Source: an uncultured Chitinophagaceae bacterium
GTDB taxonomy: Bacteria; Bacteroidota; Bacteroidia; Chitinophagales; Chitinophagaceae
DNA length: 64,000 nucleotides
Assembly (NCBI GenBank): GCA_963741535.1
Contig: CAVUIP010000009.1
Span: forward strand, 51,457-115,456
Direction: 5' to 3'
The notes under the pieces are model-generated. The model searched no databases and was not told the DNA's origin. It saw only the letters and a list, made by a program, of their open reading frames with translations. This document shows positions 1-10,710 of the stretch, in pieces. The position numbers were made by a program, and so were the translations under genes. Each line of letters starts with the position of its first letter. The stretch's first letter is position 1.

Positions 1-1
1 G

Positions 2-226
2 GATAATAATTTTATTGAGTTTATTAAAAATGATGATTTGCTTTTTATGAAGCAAAATGGACAGCTCAGGGCAAGTTTAAAATACATTGGCAATAACAGT
101 TTTGAGGGTGGCATTGGTTATCCCATTGCCACTTTTGAATTACAAAAAGATGGAGCCGTAAAAGTAGTTGTACAAAGAACAGCTGATAAAAAGCTTTATG
201 GTACAAAGGTTTTAAAATACAAGTAA
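2..226 (+). CDS. C-terminal part of a protein truncated by the window edge
   Basis: Frame open from base 2 to TAA at 226; function not assignable. Confidence 0.6.
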   Translation, partial: DNNFIEFIKNDDLLFMKQNGQLRASLKYIGNNSFEGGIGYPIATFELQKDGAVKVVVQRTADKKLYGTKVLKYK

Positions 227-240
227 TAATAATGGGCTTA

Positions 241-296
241 GCCTGTGTTCGTGTCTCACGAATGCATTGTATGGTTCGTGAGACACAAACCAGGGC
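241..296. repeat. REP-like inverted doublet (TTCGTGTCTCACGAA family)
   Basis: gcctgtgttcgtgtctcacgaa ... ttcgtgagacacaaaccagggc; a single copy also lies at 41892-41914. Confidence 0.75.
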
Positions 297-352
297 ACAT
301 ATAAACAAGATTATAAAACAACAATACACAATTAAACATAAAAAATAAAAAA

Positions 353-1045
353 ATGAAAAAGCTATTATTTTCAATCGTTTTCTTTTCAGCATTTATTACA
401 AATGCACAGGTAGGTATTGGTACTCCAACTCCAAGTGCCAATGCGGTGTTGGATTTAACCAGCACATCGAAAGGGTTGCTGCTGCCCCGGGTAGATGATA
501 CTACCAATGTACCTAATCCAAGTGCAGGGCTTGTGGTATTTAACAAAAACACCAATACTCCAGCGGTACACAATGGCGTAAAGTGGGGTTCATTTATTAC
601 CAATTTAACAGCAAGTGCGGTTGCAGCAGGCGATTCAATAACATACAGCATTTCAGGCCCAGGCACTAACGATTTTACAGCAGGAGAATTTCCTATTAGT
701 TCAATGAGCCATGGCTTATCTAATTCGGGTACACAAGTTAATTATCAAGATGTGTTCTTTGCTAAATTGCCAGATGTTAATTCAATAGCATTCATAAAAA
801 AAACAAGCAATAGTTCACTAAGTGGCTTAATGGAAATTAAATTTTATAAGCATGGAACCACCACATTATTATTTTCAGTAAAACTTACCAACTGGAAATG
901 CAGCAGTGTGTCGTTTGGTTCAAGTGTAAATGATACCAGAACAGAGCAGATAAGTTTTACCTTCCAAATTATTGGTTTTAGAGATTGGACAAACAATAAA
1001 AGTTTTGCATGGAATATAACAACCAATCTGGAAACAACCTATTAA
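353..1045 (+). CDS. Secreted protein with a Bacteroidota VGIGT/KGLLLPRV N-terminal module and a C-terminal Hcp (T6SS tube)-like domain
   Basis: Signal peptide; QVGIGTPTP..LDLTSTSKGLLLPRV; C-terminal half ISSMSHG..YQDVFFAK..D..VKLTN..SSVSFG..EQISFTF..AWNI follows the Hcp pattern. Confidence 0.65.
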   Translation: MKKLLFSIVFFSAFITNAQVGIGTPTPSANAVLDLTSTSKGLLLPRVDDTTNVPNPSAGLVVFNKNTNTPAVHNGVKWGSFITNLTASAVAAGDSITYSISGPGTNDFTAGEFPISSMSHGLSNSGTQVNYQDVFFAKLPDVNSIAFIKKTSNSSLSGLMEIKFYKHGTTTLLFSVKLTNWKCSSVSFGSSVNDTRTEQISFTFQIIGFRDWTNNKSFAWNITTNLETTY

Positions 1046-1125
1046 GGTGCAGAATAATGGTTTCAATTTGTGGCACACCCGAAACAGGAAAAGAAGATAA
1101 TAAAACACAACCTTAAAACTCAAAA

Positions 1126-1527
1126 ATGATGAGCAATATAAAACAGGCACCAGCAGTTCCACTCCGGGGGTTACTGAAATTGCTGCCCCCTAATAAAAAA
1201 ACGCAATGGAAAAAATTAGCTGTTGCAAATCTTGATGAAACAAGGTTTATCCCTTTTGATGAAATTATGTATTGCAAATCCATAAACAATTACACCACCG
1301 TTTTTGTGCAAAACGGCAAGTCATATTTGTGTTGCAAAACTTTAAAAGAAATAGCATCCAATTTGCCCGAAGAGCAGTTTGTAAGGATACATCGTTCTTA
1401 TTTAGTAAACATACAATGTATTACTGCTTTAAAAAAACACGATAACGAATTGGAATTAAATAATGCAATATCATTACCCATTTCTAAAACACAAAAAACT
1501 TCTTTGTATTATTTATTGGGAGTGTAA
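1126..1527 (+). CDS. LytTR DNA-binding domain protein without receiver
   Basis: I.YCKSINNYT, KTLKE, FVRIHRSYLVN, LPISK motifs. Confidence 0.85.
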   Translation: MMSNIKQAPAVPLRGLLKLLPPNKKTQWKKLAVANLDETRFIPFDEIMYCKSINNYTTVFVQNGKSYLCCKTLKEIASNLPEEQFVRIHRSYLVNIQCITALKKHDNELELNNAISLPISKTQKTSLYYLLGV

Positions 1528-1719
1528 AAAATCTTTTTTATACATTAGTGATATTTTTAAAAATATATTTTGTATAATGTAAAATAAAAACGGAAAAGTC
1601 TCGCTAAGGTCGGTGTTTTCATGAAACACAGGTTGGACGTTAATAGTGTTAATCAAAAATTAAAAACAGGTAAGCTGAAAACTGATTAGAGTAGGTAATA
1701 ACTATAATTGACAATACCA

Positions 1720-2353
1720 ATGGAAAAATTAAATCTTTGTACGCAGCTTAATCCAAAATCATATTTAAGATTTGGCCTTACAATATTGCTTATCCTATAC
1801 GCAGGGAAATTTATCATAAATGATGCATTACCCTATTTTGGATTTGATAAAGAAACATTTGGAAGATATTGGAATTTTAAGTGGTCACTCATTGGGCATA
1901 TTGCAGGTGGTATTTTAGCCTTGGCAATTGGCTATTCAGTTTTCAAAAACATTTCGAAACAAATTTATGACTACCCACAGGTGGTTGGGACGAATTTATT
2001 TAACTGCAATTCTAATCGGTACTATAAGTGCAACATATTTAGCATGGACAACTGCAATCAAAGTAAATTTTTACTGGGTTTTTGCCTTGCAAATGTTAGC
2101 ATTTGCGTGGATTGCGATAGCAGCTATGGCTTATATCTCAGTAATGAGAGGTCGAATTCTTCAACACAAGGAATGGATGATACGAAGCTATGTGGTGACT
2201 TTTGCTTTTGTTAATTTTAGATGGCTTGTAGATTTACCAATAGCAAATCAATTGATGGAAAAATTTACAGAAAGAGGTCCAACAATGGGCTGGCTATACT
2301 GGACAATAAAATTGCTGATAACTGAAATTGTTTTAAGTTGGAAGAAGAAATAA
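1720..2353 (+). CDS. DUF2306-type membrane protein, frameshift near 1925
   Basis: HIAGG, HRWLGRIY and HKEWMIRSY motifs split over two frames. Confidence 0.7.
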
Positions 2354-2643
2354 TTATCAAATCAGTATTTTATAAATTTTTAATAAAAAAAATTAATTGT
2401 AAAAACAAAAACAAGAACAATTTTAATTGTGCTATAGATAATATTAATTATTAATTTTGATGGTAATTAGCAAAATGTAAAAAAAAAATAAAAAAAAATT
2501 AAAAAAAATAAATATTTGTAAATGAAAAAAAGAAGATTTTTTTATTTTTAAGAAAAAGAGAAAAAAAAAATAATTTAGTACTGTTTGAGATTAAATAATG
2601 TATCTTTTTGAAAAGAAACATACTCAGTACTAAAATTAAAATT

Positions 2644-3789
2644 ATGAGAAAAAAAATCTTTATCCTTTTTGTAAGTCTGTTTGCCATTACTGCTTATGCA
2701 CAGCAGCCTTATTTTCCCGGTGCCGACTGGCAGATGAAAAAACCTGAAGAGTTGAAGATGAATAAAAAATGGCTCGACAGTGCGGTAACCCTTGCATTAA
2801 ATAATGAAAATAAAGTTGAAAGGGATTTGCGGATAGCAAACACAAAATCGTACGCCAGAGAACCGGGTTACAAAATCATTGGCCCCATGAAACAGCGTGG
2901 TGGTCCTGCCGGGTTGGTTATTAAAAATGGTTATATCGTGGCGCAATGGGGCGATGTAAATCGTGTTGATATGACCTTTAGTACCACCAAAAGTTATTTA
3001 AGCACTGTTGCAGGTTTAGCCATAGATAATGGATTAATTAAAAATGTGACCGATAAAGTGAACCAGTATGTGTGGGATGAATCTTTTGAAGGCGAACACA
3101 ATTCAAAAGTTACCTGGAATCATTTGTTAACCCAATCATCCGATTGGAGTGGCAGTTTGTTTGGCTTACATGATTGGGCCGACAGGCCGCCAAAAGAAGG
3201 AGCCATTGATGATTGGAAAAACCGCAAGCTGTTTGAACCGGGAACTAATTATGAATACAATGATGTACGTGTAAACCTGCTTGCATATTCTCTATTACAG
3301 GTTTGGCGCAAACCATTACCTGTTGTGCTTAAAGAAAAAATTATGGATCCCATTGGTGCATCTACTACCTGGCGCTGGTTTGGTTACGAAAATTCCTTTG
3401 TAAATGTAGATGGCTTAATGATGCAATCAGTTAGTGGCGGCGGCCATCATGGCGGCGGCATCTTTATCAATACATCAGATCATGCAAGATTTGGTTTACT
3501 TTTTTTAAGAAATGGTAAATGGAAAGATCAGCAACTGTTATCTGAAAAATGGATCAATGCTGTGCAACAACCATCTGCTGCCAATAAAAATTATGGTTAC
3601 CTCTGGTGGTTAAATACCGACCAGGGATGGAAAGGTATTTCACCTAAAGTATATTATGCAGCAGGTTATGGTGGCAATTATATTATAGTTGATAAAGAAC
3701 ACGACCTGGTTGTTGTTACCCGTTGGATGGATGATAGCAAAATAGCAGATGTACTGCGTTTGATTATACAATCTATTGAAGGGAAGTGA
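2644..3789 (+). CDS. Serine hydrolase, beta-lactamase/PBP-like family
   Basis: Signal peptide, SxxK (FSTTKS), YND, ARFGLLFL, YGYLWW. Confidence 0.9.
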   Translation: MRKKIFILFVSLFAITAYAQQPYFPGADWQMKKPEELKMNKKWLDSAVTLALNNENKVERDLRIANTKSYAREPGYKIIGPMKQRGGPAGLVIKNGYIVAQWGDVNRVDMTFSTTKSYLSTVAGLAIDNGLIKNVTDKVNQYVWDESFEGEHNSKVTWNHLLTQSSDWSGSLFGLHDWADRPPKEGAIDDWKNRKLFEPGTNYEYNDVRVNLLAYSLLQVWRKPLPVVLKEKIMDPIGASTTWRWFGYENSFVNVDGLMMQSVSGGGHHGGGIFINTSDHARFGLLFLRNGKWKDQQLLSEKWINAVQQPSAANKNYGYLWWLNTDQGWKGISPKVYYAAGYGGNYIIVDKEHDLVVVTRWMDDSKIADVLRLIIQSIEGK

Positions 3790-3828
3790 TTCTATAAATA
3801 AAAATGAATATTATTTAAAATGGGTAGC

Positions 3829-4998
3829 ATGAAAAAAATATTAGTAATCATCAGCATGATATTGTCGCAACAAATTATTGCGCAATCGTACAAAAAAATT
3901 CATGCCAAAGCCATTGTTGTTGATACACACAATGATATACTGATGCAGGCTGCAGATATTGGAATTGTATTTGACCAGGACCTTACCGGAAAAACCCATA
4001 GCGACCTGGCCCGCTGGAAAAAAGGTGGCCTGGATGTACAGATTTTTTCGGTGTACAGTGATGGCGGACTTAAAAATTCCTTTGCTTTTGCCAACAGGGA
4101 AATGGACAGCCTGGATGCGGTGGTGTTACGCAACCCCGATAAAATTGTAAAAGTTGCCAATTATGCCGAACTGCTGCAGGCGGTAAAGCAACACAAAATT
4201 GCCGCTATGTTTGGTGTAGAAGGCGGGCACATGATAGAAGATGATCTTACTAAATTAGAAGCGCTTTATAAACGTGGGGCAAGGTATTTGACCTTAACAC
4301 ATAATATAGCACCATCCTGGGCCACCAGTGCAGCCGATGAAACCACAAACCCAAACCTGCCGCACAAGGGCCTTACAGAATTTGGCAGGCAGGTAGTGCA
4401 GCGTATGAACCAGCTTGGCATGATGATAGATGTGAGCCATGCCGGTGACCAGACTTTTTGGGATATCATCAAAATAACCACCAAACCCATTATTGCTTCA
4501 CACAGTTCGGTGTATAGCCTTGTGGCCACCCGCCGTAATTTAAAAGATGACCAGATAAAAGCGATAGCAAAAAACGAAGGTGTTGTACAGGTAAATTTTA
4601 ATCCGGGATTTATAGACAGCAGTTTTGGAAAGAAAGAAACTGCCTTTTTTAAAAAGCATGCTGCAGAATATGATTCGCTGATAAAATCCGGTAAGGATGA
4701 ATGGTACACCATGAATATGTTGTATCACAAATATGCGGTAGAAGCAAATCCGATGAGGCCACCTTTATCCTTACTTATTGATCATATTGATTACATCGTG
4801 AAATTAGTTGGAGTTGATTATGTTGGCCTGGGCTCCGACTTTGATGGCATCAACTTAACACCACAACAATTAGATGATGTTACCACTTACCCTTTAATTA
4901 CAAAAGCATTGGTACAAAAAGGCTACAGCAAAAAAGATATCAATAAAATTTTAGGAGGCAATTTTTTACGGGTTTTAAAAGCTAATGAAATAAAATAA
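3829..4998 (+). CDS. Membrane dipeptidase (peptidase M19)
   Basis: DTHND, EGGH, IDVSH, ASHS, GLGSDFDG, ILGGNFLRV. Confidence 0.92.
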   Translation: MKKILVIISMILSQQIIAQSYKKIHAKAIVVDTHNDILMQAADIGIVFDQDLTGKTHSDLARWKKGGLDVQIFSVYSDGGLKNSFAFANREMDSLDAVVLRNPDKIVKVANYAELLQAVKQHKIAAMFGVEGGHMIEDDLTKLEALYKRGARYLTLTHNIAPSWATSAADETTNPNLPHKGLTEFGRQVVQRMNQLGMMIDVSHAGDQTFWDIIKITTKPIIASHSSVYSLVATRRNLKDDQIKAIAKNEGVVQVNFNPGFIDSSFGKKETAFFKKHAAEYDSLIKSGKDEWYTMNMLYHKYAVEANPMRPPLSLLIDHIDYIVKLVGVDYVGLGSDFDGINLTPQQLDDVTTYPLITKALVQKGYSKKDINKILGGNFLRVLKANEIK

Positions 4999-5030
4999 AA
5001 AACAAATTTTATAACATACAGCAACGAAAC

Positions 5031-6362
5031 ATGACAATTGAAAAAACGGATGAAGGATTAAAACGTGTGGTTGGTGTACCGGGTTTAGCATTGGCAATTG
5101 TAAACGGTATAATTGGCGCAGGCATATTTGCACTGCCTGCAATTATTGGTATGGCATTGGGTGCATTTGCAATATTTGGTTATATTTTCTGCAGCATTAT
5201 GCTGGCAGCTATTATGCTTTGTTATGCCGAAATAGGCAGCAAGGTTACCAGCAGTGGTGGCTCCTACGCTTATGTGGAAGCAGCATTTGGCAGCTTTGCC
5301 GGTTACATCATTAACTGGTTATTCTTTTTTGGGTGGAACGTTTTGGGCAGTGCTGCACTGATGAATATTATTGCCGATTCCCTGGCTGCAATATTTCCTG
5401 CTTTTTCAAATCCGTTTATTCGTGGTATTTTATTTTTTGTACTCATTGGTTTTATGGTGCTTATAAATATCCGTGGTGCAAAGCAGGGTATTGGTTTGGT
5501 AAAACTCATTACCATTATAAAATTATTGCCGCTTTTAGGTATTATCATTTTTGGTTTTAGCCAGGTAAAAGCGGCCAACCTGCATTGGGAGCATGCACCT
5601 TCTTTAAAAACATTTAGTGATACTGCATTGGTTTTATTTTTTGCCTTCGCCGGGTTTGAAACATCGCTTGGGGTTAGTGGCGAATTTAAAAACCCTAAAC
5701 GTACTGTACCGCTGGGTATTTGCGTGGGCGGCATTGCAGTGCTGATTGTTTATATGCTGCTGCAAACCGTAACACAGGGTGTGCTTGGCTCCGCCATGGC
5801 GGGGTTTAAAGATGCACCACTGGCAGCCGTAGCCGAAAAAATTATAGGCCCTTCAGGAGCAACAATATTGTTGTTTACTGCAGCTATCTCCTGTTTTGGT
5901 TGCGTAAGTGCCGATGTAATGGGTACACCAAGATCTTTATTTGCTGGTGCCAATAATGGAATGTTTCCAAAGTTTCTCAGCAAGGTTCACCCAAGGTATG
6001 CCACACCGTATTTGGCTGTAATATCATATGGCTTACTCATTTTTATTTTTTCTATTTCCGGCGGCTTTAAACAACTGGCAGTACTGGCCAGTGCAGCTAT
6101 ATTGCTGGTGTACCTTGCTGTTATATTAGCTACCATAAAGTTGAGAAAACAAAAACAGCAAGCTTCCGAAAAAACATTCAGGGCACCCGGTGGTTTAGTA
6201 ACACCTTTAATTGGCATTGCAGCAATTGTATGGCTGCTTAGCAGTTTAAGCAAATGGGAGAAATTGTCCGCTATAATTTTTATTGCAGTTGTATGTGTAA
6301 TGTATTTTATAACAAAGCAATTTAAAAAAGATAAAACAATAACATTTCCGGCAAGTGAATAA
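5031..6362 (+). CDS. APC-family amino acid permease
   Basis: IIGAGIF, GGSYAY, FAFAGFE; about 12 TM segments. Confidence 0.9.
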   Translation: MTIEKTDEGLKRVVGVPGLALAIVNGIIGAGIFALPAIIGMALGAFAIFGYIFCSIMLAAIMLCYAEIGSKVTSSGGSYAYVEAAFGSFAGYIINWLFFFGWNVLGSAALMNIIADSLAAIFPAFSNPFIRGILFFVLIGFMVLINIRGAKQGIGLVKLITIIKLLPLLGIIIFGFSQVKAANLHWEHAPSLKTFSDTALVLFFAFAGFETSLGVSGEFKNPKRTVPLGICVGGIAVLIVYMLLQTVTQGVLGSAMAGFKDAPLAAVAEKIIGPSGATILLFTAAISCFGCVSADVMGTPRSLFAGANNGMFPKFLSKVHPRYATPYLAVISYGLLIFIFSISGGFKQLAVLASAAILLVYLAVILATIKLRKQKQQASEKTFRAPGGLVTPLIGIAAIVWLLSSLSKWEKLSAIIFIAVVCVMYFITKQFKKDKTITFPASE

Positions 6363-6422
6363 TATCAGCAAATAAAAAAATCAACACATGAAAAAAAGAA
6401 TATCACCTGGACTAAATAATTT

Positions 6423-7934
6423 ATGAAAGCACATACACACACTGTCTCAAAAAAATGGCGCCATTATTTCTGGCACATTTTTATGCTTTGCATTTGCTTA
6501 AACGCAACAGCACAATCAACTATTGAATATGACATTGTACTCTCAGGCGGCCGGGTGGTTGACCCGGAAACAAAACTGGATGCAATCAGAAATGTAGGCA
6601 TCATCAATAACCGCATTGCACAAATTTCATCGGAGCCATTAAAAGGAAAAGAAATCATCAATGTAAGCGGATTGGTTGTTGCTCCCGGTTTTATTGATAT
6701 GCATATACATGGCCGCAGCAATGCAGAGCAGGAATACCAATTACATGATGGCGTTACAACAGCATTGGAGTTAGAATGGGGAATTGAGCATTTAGGTAAA
6801 TGGTATGAATCCAGAAAAGGAAAAGCACTCATTAATTACGGTGCCAGTGTAAACTGGCCTTTTGAACGGTTTAAAGCATTAGGTAAATACCAAAACGCTG
6901 TAGATAGTTTAATGCAAATGACATTAAAGGGAGAAGCAAATATTGGAGCAACGACGAACACTATTTTACGGGCCGCTAACGAAACTATTTCTCCTGCTGA
7001 AATAAATCAAACATTGGCAAACATTAAAGCTTCTTTGAGTGAAGGCGGCATTGGCATTGGCGTACCGATAGGTTATTTGCCCAAAACAAATCCGAATGAA
7101 ATGTACAGGGTTTTTCAATTAGCAGGAGAATTGAATACATTAGTATATACACATGTAAGAAACCCCGATATTATTTCTATACAGGAAGTGATAACCGATG
7201 CTGTGCTCACAAATGCACCGCTGCACATTGTCCATATTAATAGTATGTCGCTGGGTAATATTCAGCTATCAATCGATATGGTAACAGCTGCAAAAAACAA
7301 AGGCTTTGATATTACTACCGAACTGTACCCTTATACTGCAGGTTCTACAGGTTTGCAAAGTGCCATGTTTTCTGATGGATGGCAGGAACGGTTAGGTATT
7401 AGTTATGGCGACTTGCAATGGGTGGCTACAGGTGAAAGATTAACAAAAGAAACCTTTGAAGCTTACAGAAAAACCGGCGGCGTAGTAATCATCCATGTAA
7501 TGAAACCCGAATGGATTAAAACAGGTATTGCCGCTCCCGGCGTTATGATTGCATCGGATGGTATGACTTATGCAAAATTGGCTCATCCCCGTACAGCAGG
7601 AACTTTTTCAAGAGTGTTGGGAAAATATGTGAGAGAAGACAAAGTGATTGACTTAATGACTGCTCTTGAAAAAATGACATTGCTACCTGCAAAGCGTTTA
7701 GAAAACATTGCTCCATCCATGCGTTTCAAAGGAAGAATACAGGTTGGTGCAGATGCTGACATTACCATTTTTAATCCCAACACAATTATTGACAAAGCAA
7801 CTTTTGAAAAAGGGTTGGAGTTTTCTGCAGGTGTTGAATATGTGATAGTGAATGGCAATTTTATTTTGAAAAATGGCAAAACAGTAAACAATGTTTTCCC
7901 GGGACAGGCAGTGTATGGGAAGTTTAAAAAATAA
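6423..7934 (+). CDS. Amidohydrolase, D-aminoacylase-like
   Basis: APGFIDMHIH, YPYTAGST, IASDG, HPR.AGTF.RVLG, GADADITIF. Confidence 0.88.
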   Translation: MKAHTHTVSKKWRHYFWHIFMLCICLNATAQSTIEYDIVLSGGRVVDPETKLDAIRNVGIINNRIAQISSEPLKGKEIINVSGLVVAPGFIDMHIHGRSNAEQEYQLHDGVTTALELEWGIEHLGKWYESRKGKALINYGASVNWPFERFKALGKYQNAVDSLMQMTLKGEANIGATTNTILRAANETISPAEINQTLANIKASLSEGGIGIGVPIGYLPKTNPNEMYRVFQLAGELNTLVYTHVRNPDIISIQEVITDAVLTNAPLHIVHINSMSLGNIQLSIDMVTAAKNKGFDITTELYPYTAGSTGLQSAMFSDGWQERLGISYGDLQWVATGERLTKETFEAYRKTGGVVIIHVMKPEWIKTGIAAPGVMIASDGMTYAKLAHPRTAGTFSRVLGKYVREDKVIDLMTALEKMTLLPAKRLENIAPSMRFKGRIQVGADADITIFNPNTIIDKATFEKGLEFSAGVEYVIVNGNFILKNGKTVNNVFPGQAVYGKFKK

Positions 7935-7950
7935 ATTAAATTTTTATAAA

Positions 7951-9951
7951 ATGAAAAAATTAACTCTCCTGTTTATCGCACTGATAAATCTTTTTTCCTT
8001 TCAGCTTTCCGCACAAAAGAAATTTGAGTTAGCAGACATGGATAAACTCTATACATTAACCGACCCTCAACTATCACCCGACGGCCAATCAGTTTTGATA
8101 GTAGTATCAAAACCTGATACCACAAGCAATAAAAACAAGTCTTCTATTTATAAAGTAGATGTTGAAAGCGGAGCTGCCCAACAATTAACTTTTGAAAGAA
8201 CTTTGGTTAGTTATCCAAGATGGTCTCCATCCGGTAATGCTATTGCATTTATAGCTGCTGATGCAACTGCAAAGGCACAAGTATTTTTATTATCAATGAA
8301 CGGTGGGGAAGCAAAGAAGATTACTAATTCTGCCGCAGGCGTAACGCAATTTGAGTGGAGCCCTGATGGTACTGCATTTGCTTTTGTACAGCAAGACGAG
8401 ATACCGAATAAAAAACAAATAGATAAAGGTTATGATGGCTTTGAAATAAAATACAACAGTATGTTTATGAATGCCAGGCCAACTCCATCTCATCTCTGGC
8501 TTATTTCAATTGATAGTGGTGAAGCCAAAAGGCTTACGGCTGGCAACTGGACAGTTCCTGCTGGTGCACCTAATTCCTTTTCCTGGTCACCCGATGGAAA
8601 AAATATCATATTTCAAAGTAATGAATCACCCTACTCTGGCGAACTTATTTTTACCATTAAAACAGTAGAAATAGCCACCGGAAAAATTAATAGAATCACC
8701 AGCAGCCAGATAGCTCCTGATGCGATGCATAAAGAGAGACAACCTTTATTTTCTCCCGATGGTAAGTCAATTGCCTATCAACTAAATTTAAAAAATGCAG
8801 GTTATGCCTATGATATTTTTGTTACCTCACCCAGCGGTGGCAATGGTATGAATGTAACAGCTAAATTAGACCGTTGTTTCTTTCGGTCAGCATGGAGTAT
8901 AAATAGTAAAGCCCTTTTTGTAGCGGCCAATGATTTCAATACCGTTTCGTTATGGATGTTACCTGTCAACGGTGCAGCAAAAAAAATACATCTCAGCAAC
9001 GTATGCATTACCGGAGCCTATTGGTACAATTATACTGTTGGAAAAAATAATGCCATCGCAATGATTGCAAGTACCGCTCAATCCCCACAGGAGCTTTACT
9101 TTATGGCCAATCCTGAATCGGCACCAAAACAACTAACCAATTTTCATCAGGAAATAAAGTTGGTGCAATTAGGTAAAGTGGAAACCTTTAGTTGGAAATC
9201 GGATGAATTTACACCCAATGGCATTCTTACGTTCCCGCCTGATTTTGACCCTGCTAAAAAATATCCATTGGTGGTAGAACCACACGGCGGCCCAAGGTCA
9301 ACATCAAAAGAATCATTCAATTCATCCACACAATTAAAAGCGGCTCATGGGTATATTGTTTTTCAACCCAACTATCGTGGCAGCGATAATATGGGCTACA
9401 AATTTTCGGAATCCATTAATGGCGATGCTGGTGAAGGACCGGGAAGAGATGTAATGAGAGGTTTAGCAGCATTAAAAAAACGAAACTATATTGACACAAC
9501 TAAAATTGCAGTTACGGGCTGGAGTTATGGTGGGTTTATGACTACCTGGCTTATTGGAAATTATCAAGGTTGGAAATGTTCCGTAGCAGGTGCCGCTGTA
9601 ACAGACTGGCTGGCTCAGTATTCACAAAATGATGTGGGAAGTATGTCCCGGTTTGAAGTTGGTAAAGGCATCTCGCCATTTACTGATAAGAAAGTAAAAG
9701 CAAACTGGATAAAAAATTCTCCCATTACTTATGTTGAAAATGTAAAAACGCCTACGTTGATTTTATCTAATACAGGCGATGAAAGAGTTCCCATTTCTCA
9801 ATCATATACTTATTTCAGAGCATTGCAAGACATTGGTATAGAATCAAAGTTTATCGCTTTCCCCATTACAGGCCATGTACCAACTGACCCGATAAGAATT
9901 AAAGAAATGAACAGGTATATATTGGATTGGTTGGATAAATATTTGAAGTAA
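7951..9951 (+). CDS. S9 family peptidase with PD40 propeller
   Basis: WSPDG repeats, HGGP, NYRGS, GWSYGG, D.RVP, GH. Confidence 0.92.
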   Translation: MKKLTLLFIALINLFSFQLSAQKKFELADMDKLYTLTDPQLSPDGQSVLIVVSKPDTTSNKNKSSIYKVDVESGAAQQLTFERTLVSYPRWSPSGNAIAFIAADATAKAQVFLLSMNGGEAKKITNSAAGVTQFEWSPDGTAFAFVQQDEIPNKKQIDKGYDGFEIKYNSMFMNARPTPSHLWLISIDSGEAKRLTAGNWTVPAGAPNSFSWSPDGKNIIFQSNESPYSGELIFTIKTVEIATGKINRITSSQIAPDAMHKERQPLFSPDGKSIAYQLNLKNAGYAYDIFVTSPSGGNGMNVTAKLDRCFFRSAWSINSKALFVAANDFNTVSLWMLPVNGAAKKIHLSNVCITGAYWYNYTVGKNNAIAMIASTAQSPQELYFMANPESAPKQLTNFHQEIKLVQLGKVETFSWKSDEFTPNGILTFPPDFDPAKKYPLVVEPHGGPRSTSKESFNSSTQLKAAHGYIVFQPNYRGSDNMGYKFSESINGDAGEGPGRDVMRGLAALKKRNYIDTTKIAVTGWSYGGFMTTWLIGNYQGWKCSVAGAAVTDWLAQYSQNDVGSMSRFEVGKGISPFTDKKVKANWIKNSPITYVENVKTPTLILSNTGDERVPISQSYTYFRALQDIGIESKFIAFPITGHVPTDPIRIKEMNRYILDWLDKYLK

Positions 9952-9994
9952 ATGATGATGAAAAAATCGGCAGTAAAAAATTAAATAACAATAC

Positions 9995-10618
9995 ATGCTA
10001 AAAAAAAATTCCATTGCCTTTTTTTGGCTCGCCTTCTTCGGCTTTTTTTTATACAAACTGATTCCTAAATACAAATACCTCGTCAATGACACTTTAAAAC
10101 ACTGGGGAAACAACACTACAATTGACAATAGTATTTTTGCACTGCATATTTTTGCCGGTATCGTTGTTTATTGTACTGCCATATTGCAATTCACACCGGC
10201 AATCCGCAACAAATACATTTCCTTTCATCGCAAAACGGGCAAGCTTTATATTCTTTCCTCCTTGCTCTGTATTACTACGCTGTATGTAATGATACCCAGA
10301 ACCTGGTGCATTGCCTGCAGGCCATCACAATTGATTGTAACCAGTTTATGGCTGTTGTTTGTCGTACTTGCCTTTTATTTTATTAAGCAACGAAAAATAG
10401 TGCTACATAAACGAATGATGATAAGCAGTTTTATTTGTGCGGCTTATTTTGTTACCATAAGAGTAATTGATGCTTACGCTATGAACATATTCTATTATTT
10501 ATTCCCCAATGAATCAACAGCATTTCTGGCTTCGGATGTGTTTGTGTGGTTGGTTCCGTTGCTGTTGTTTAACATGTATTGGTTGATGAAAGACAAAACA
10601 AAATTATTTTCGCCTTAG
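9995..10618 (+). CDS. DUF2306-type membrane protein
   Basis: HIFAG, HRKTGKLY, HKRMMI; paralogous to 1720-2353. Confidence 0.7.
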   Translation: MLKKNSIAFFWLAFFGFFLYKLIPKYKYLVNDTLKHWGNNTTIDNSIFALHIFAGIVVYCTAILQFTPAIRNKYISFHRKTGKLYILSSLLCITTLYVMIPRTWCIACRPSQLIVTSLWLLFVVLAFYFIKQRKIVLHKRMMISSFICAAYFVTIRVIDAYAMNIFYYLFPNESTAFLASDVFVWLVPLLLFNMYWLMKDKTKLFSP

Positions 10619-10710
10619 TTTATTATCTTACAAATTCTTATCTAATTCCCTGCAAATCTGCTTTAGTCTGCCCGCCACTTTTTCCTTAATAACTGTTTAA
10701 CCCAAACAAC

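Noticed and set aside
2354..2640. Extremely A/T-rich poly-A stretch as an origin or regulatory element, and ORF 2499-2687
   Set aside because: No iterons or DnaA boxes seen; looks like low-complexity or low-quality consensus
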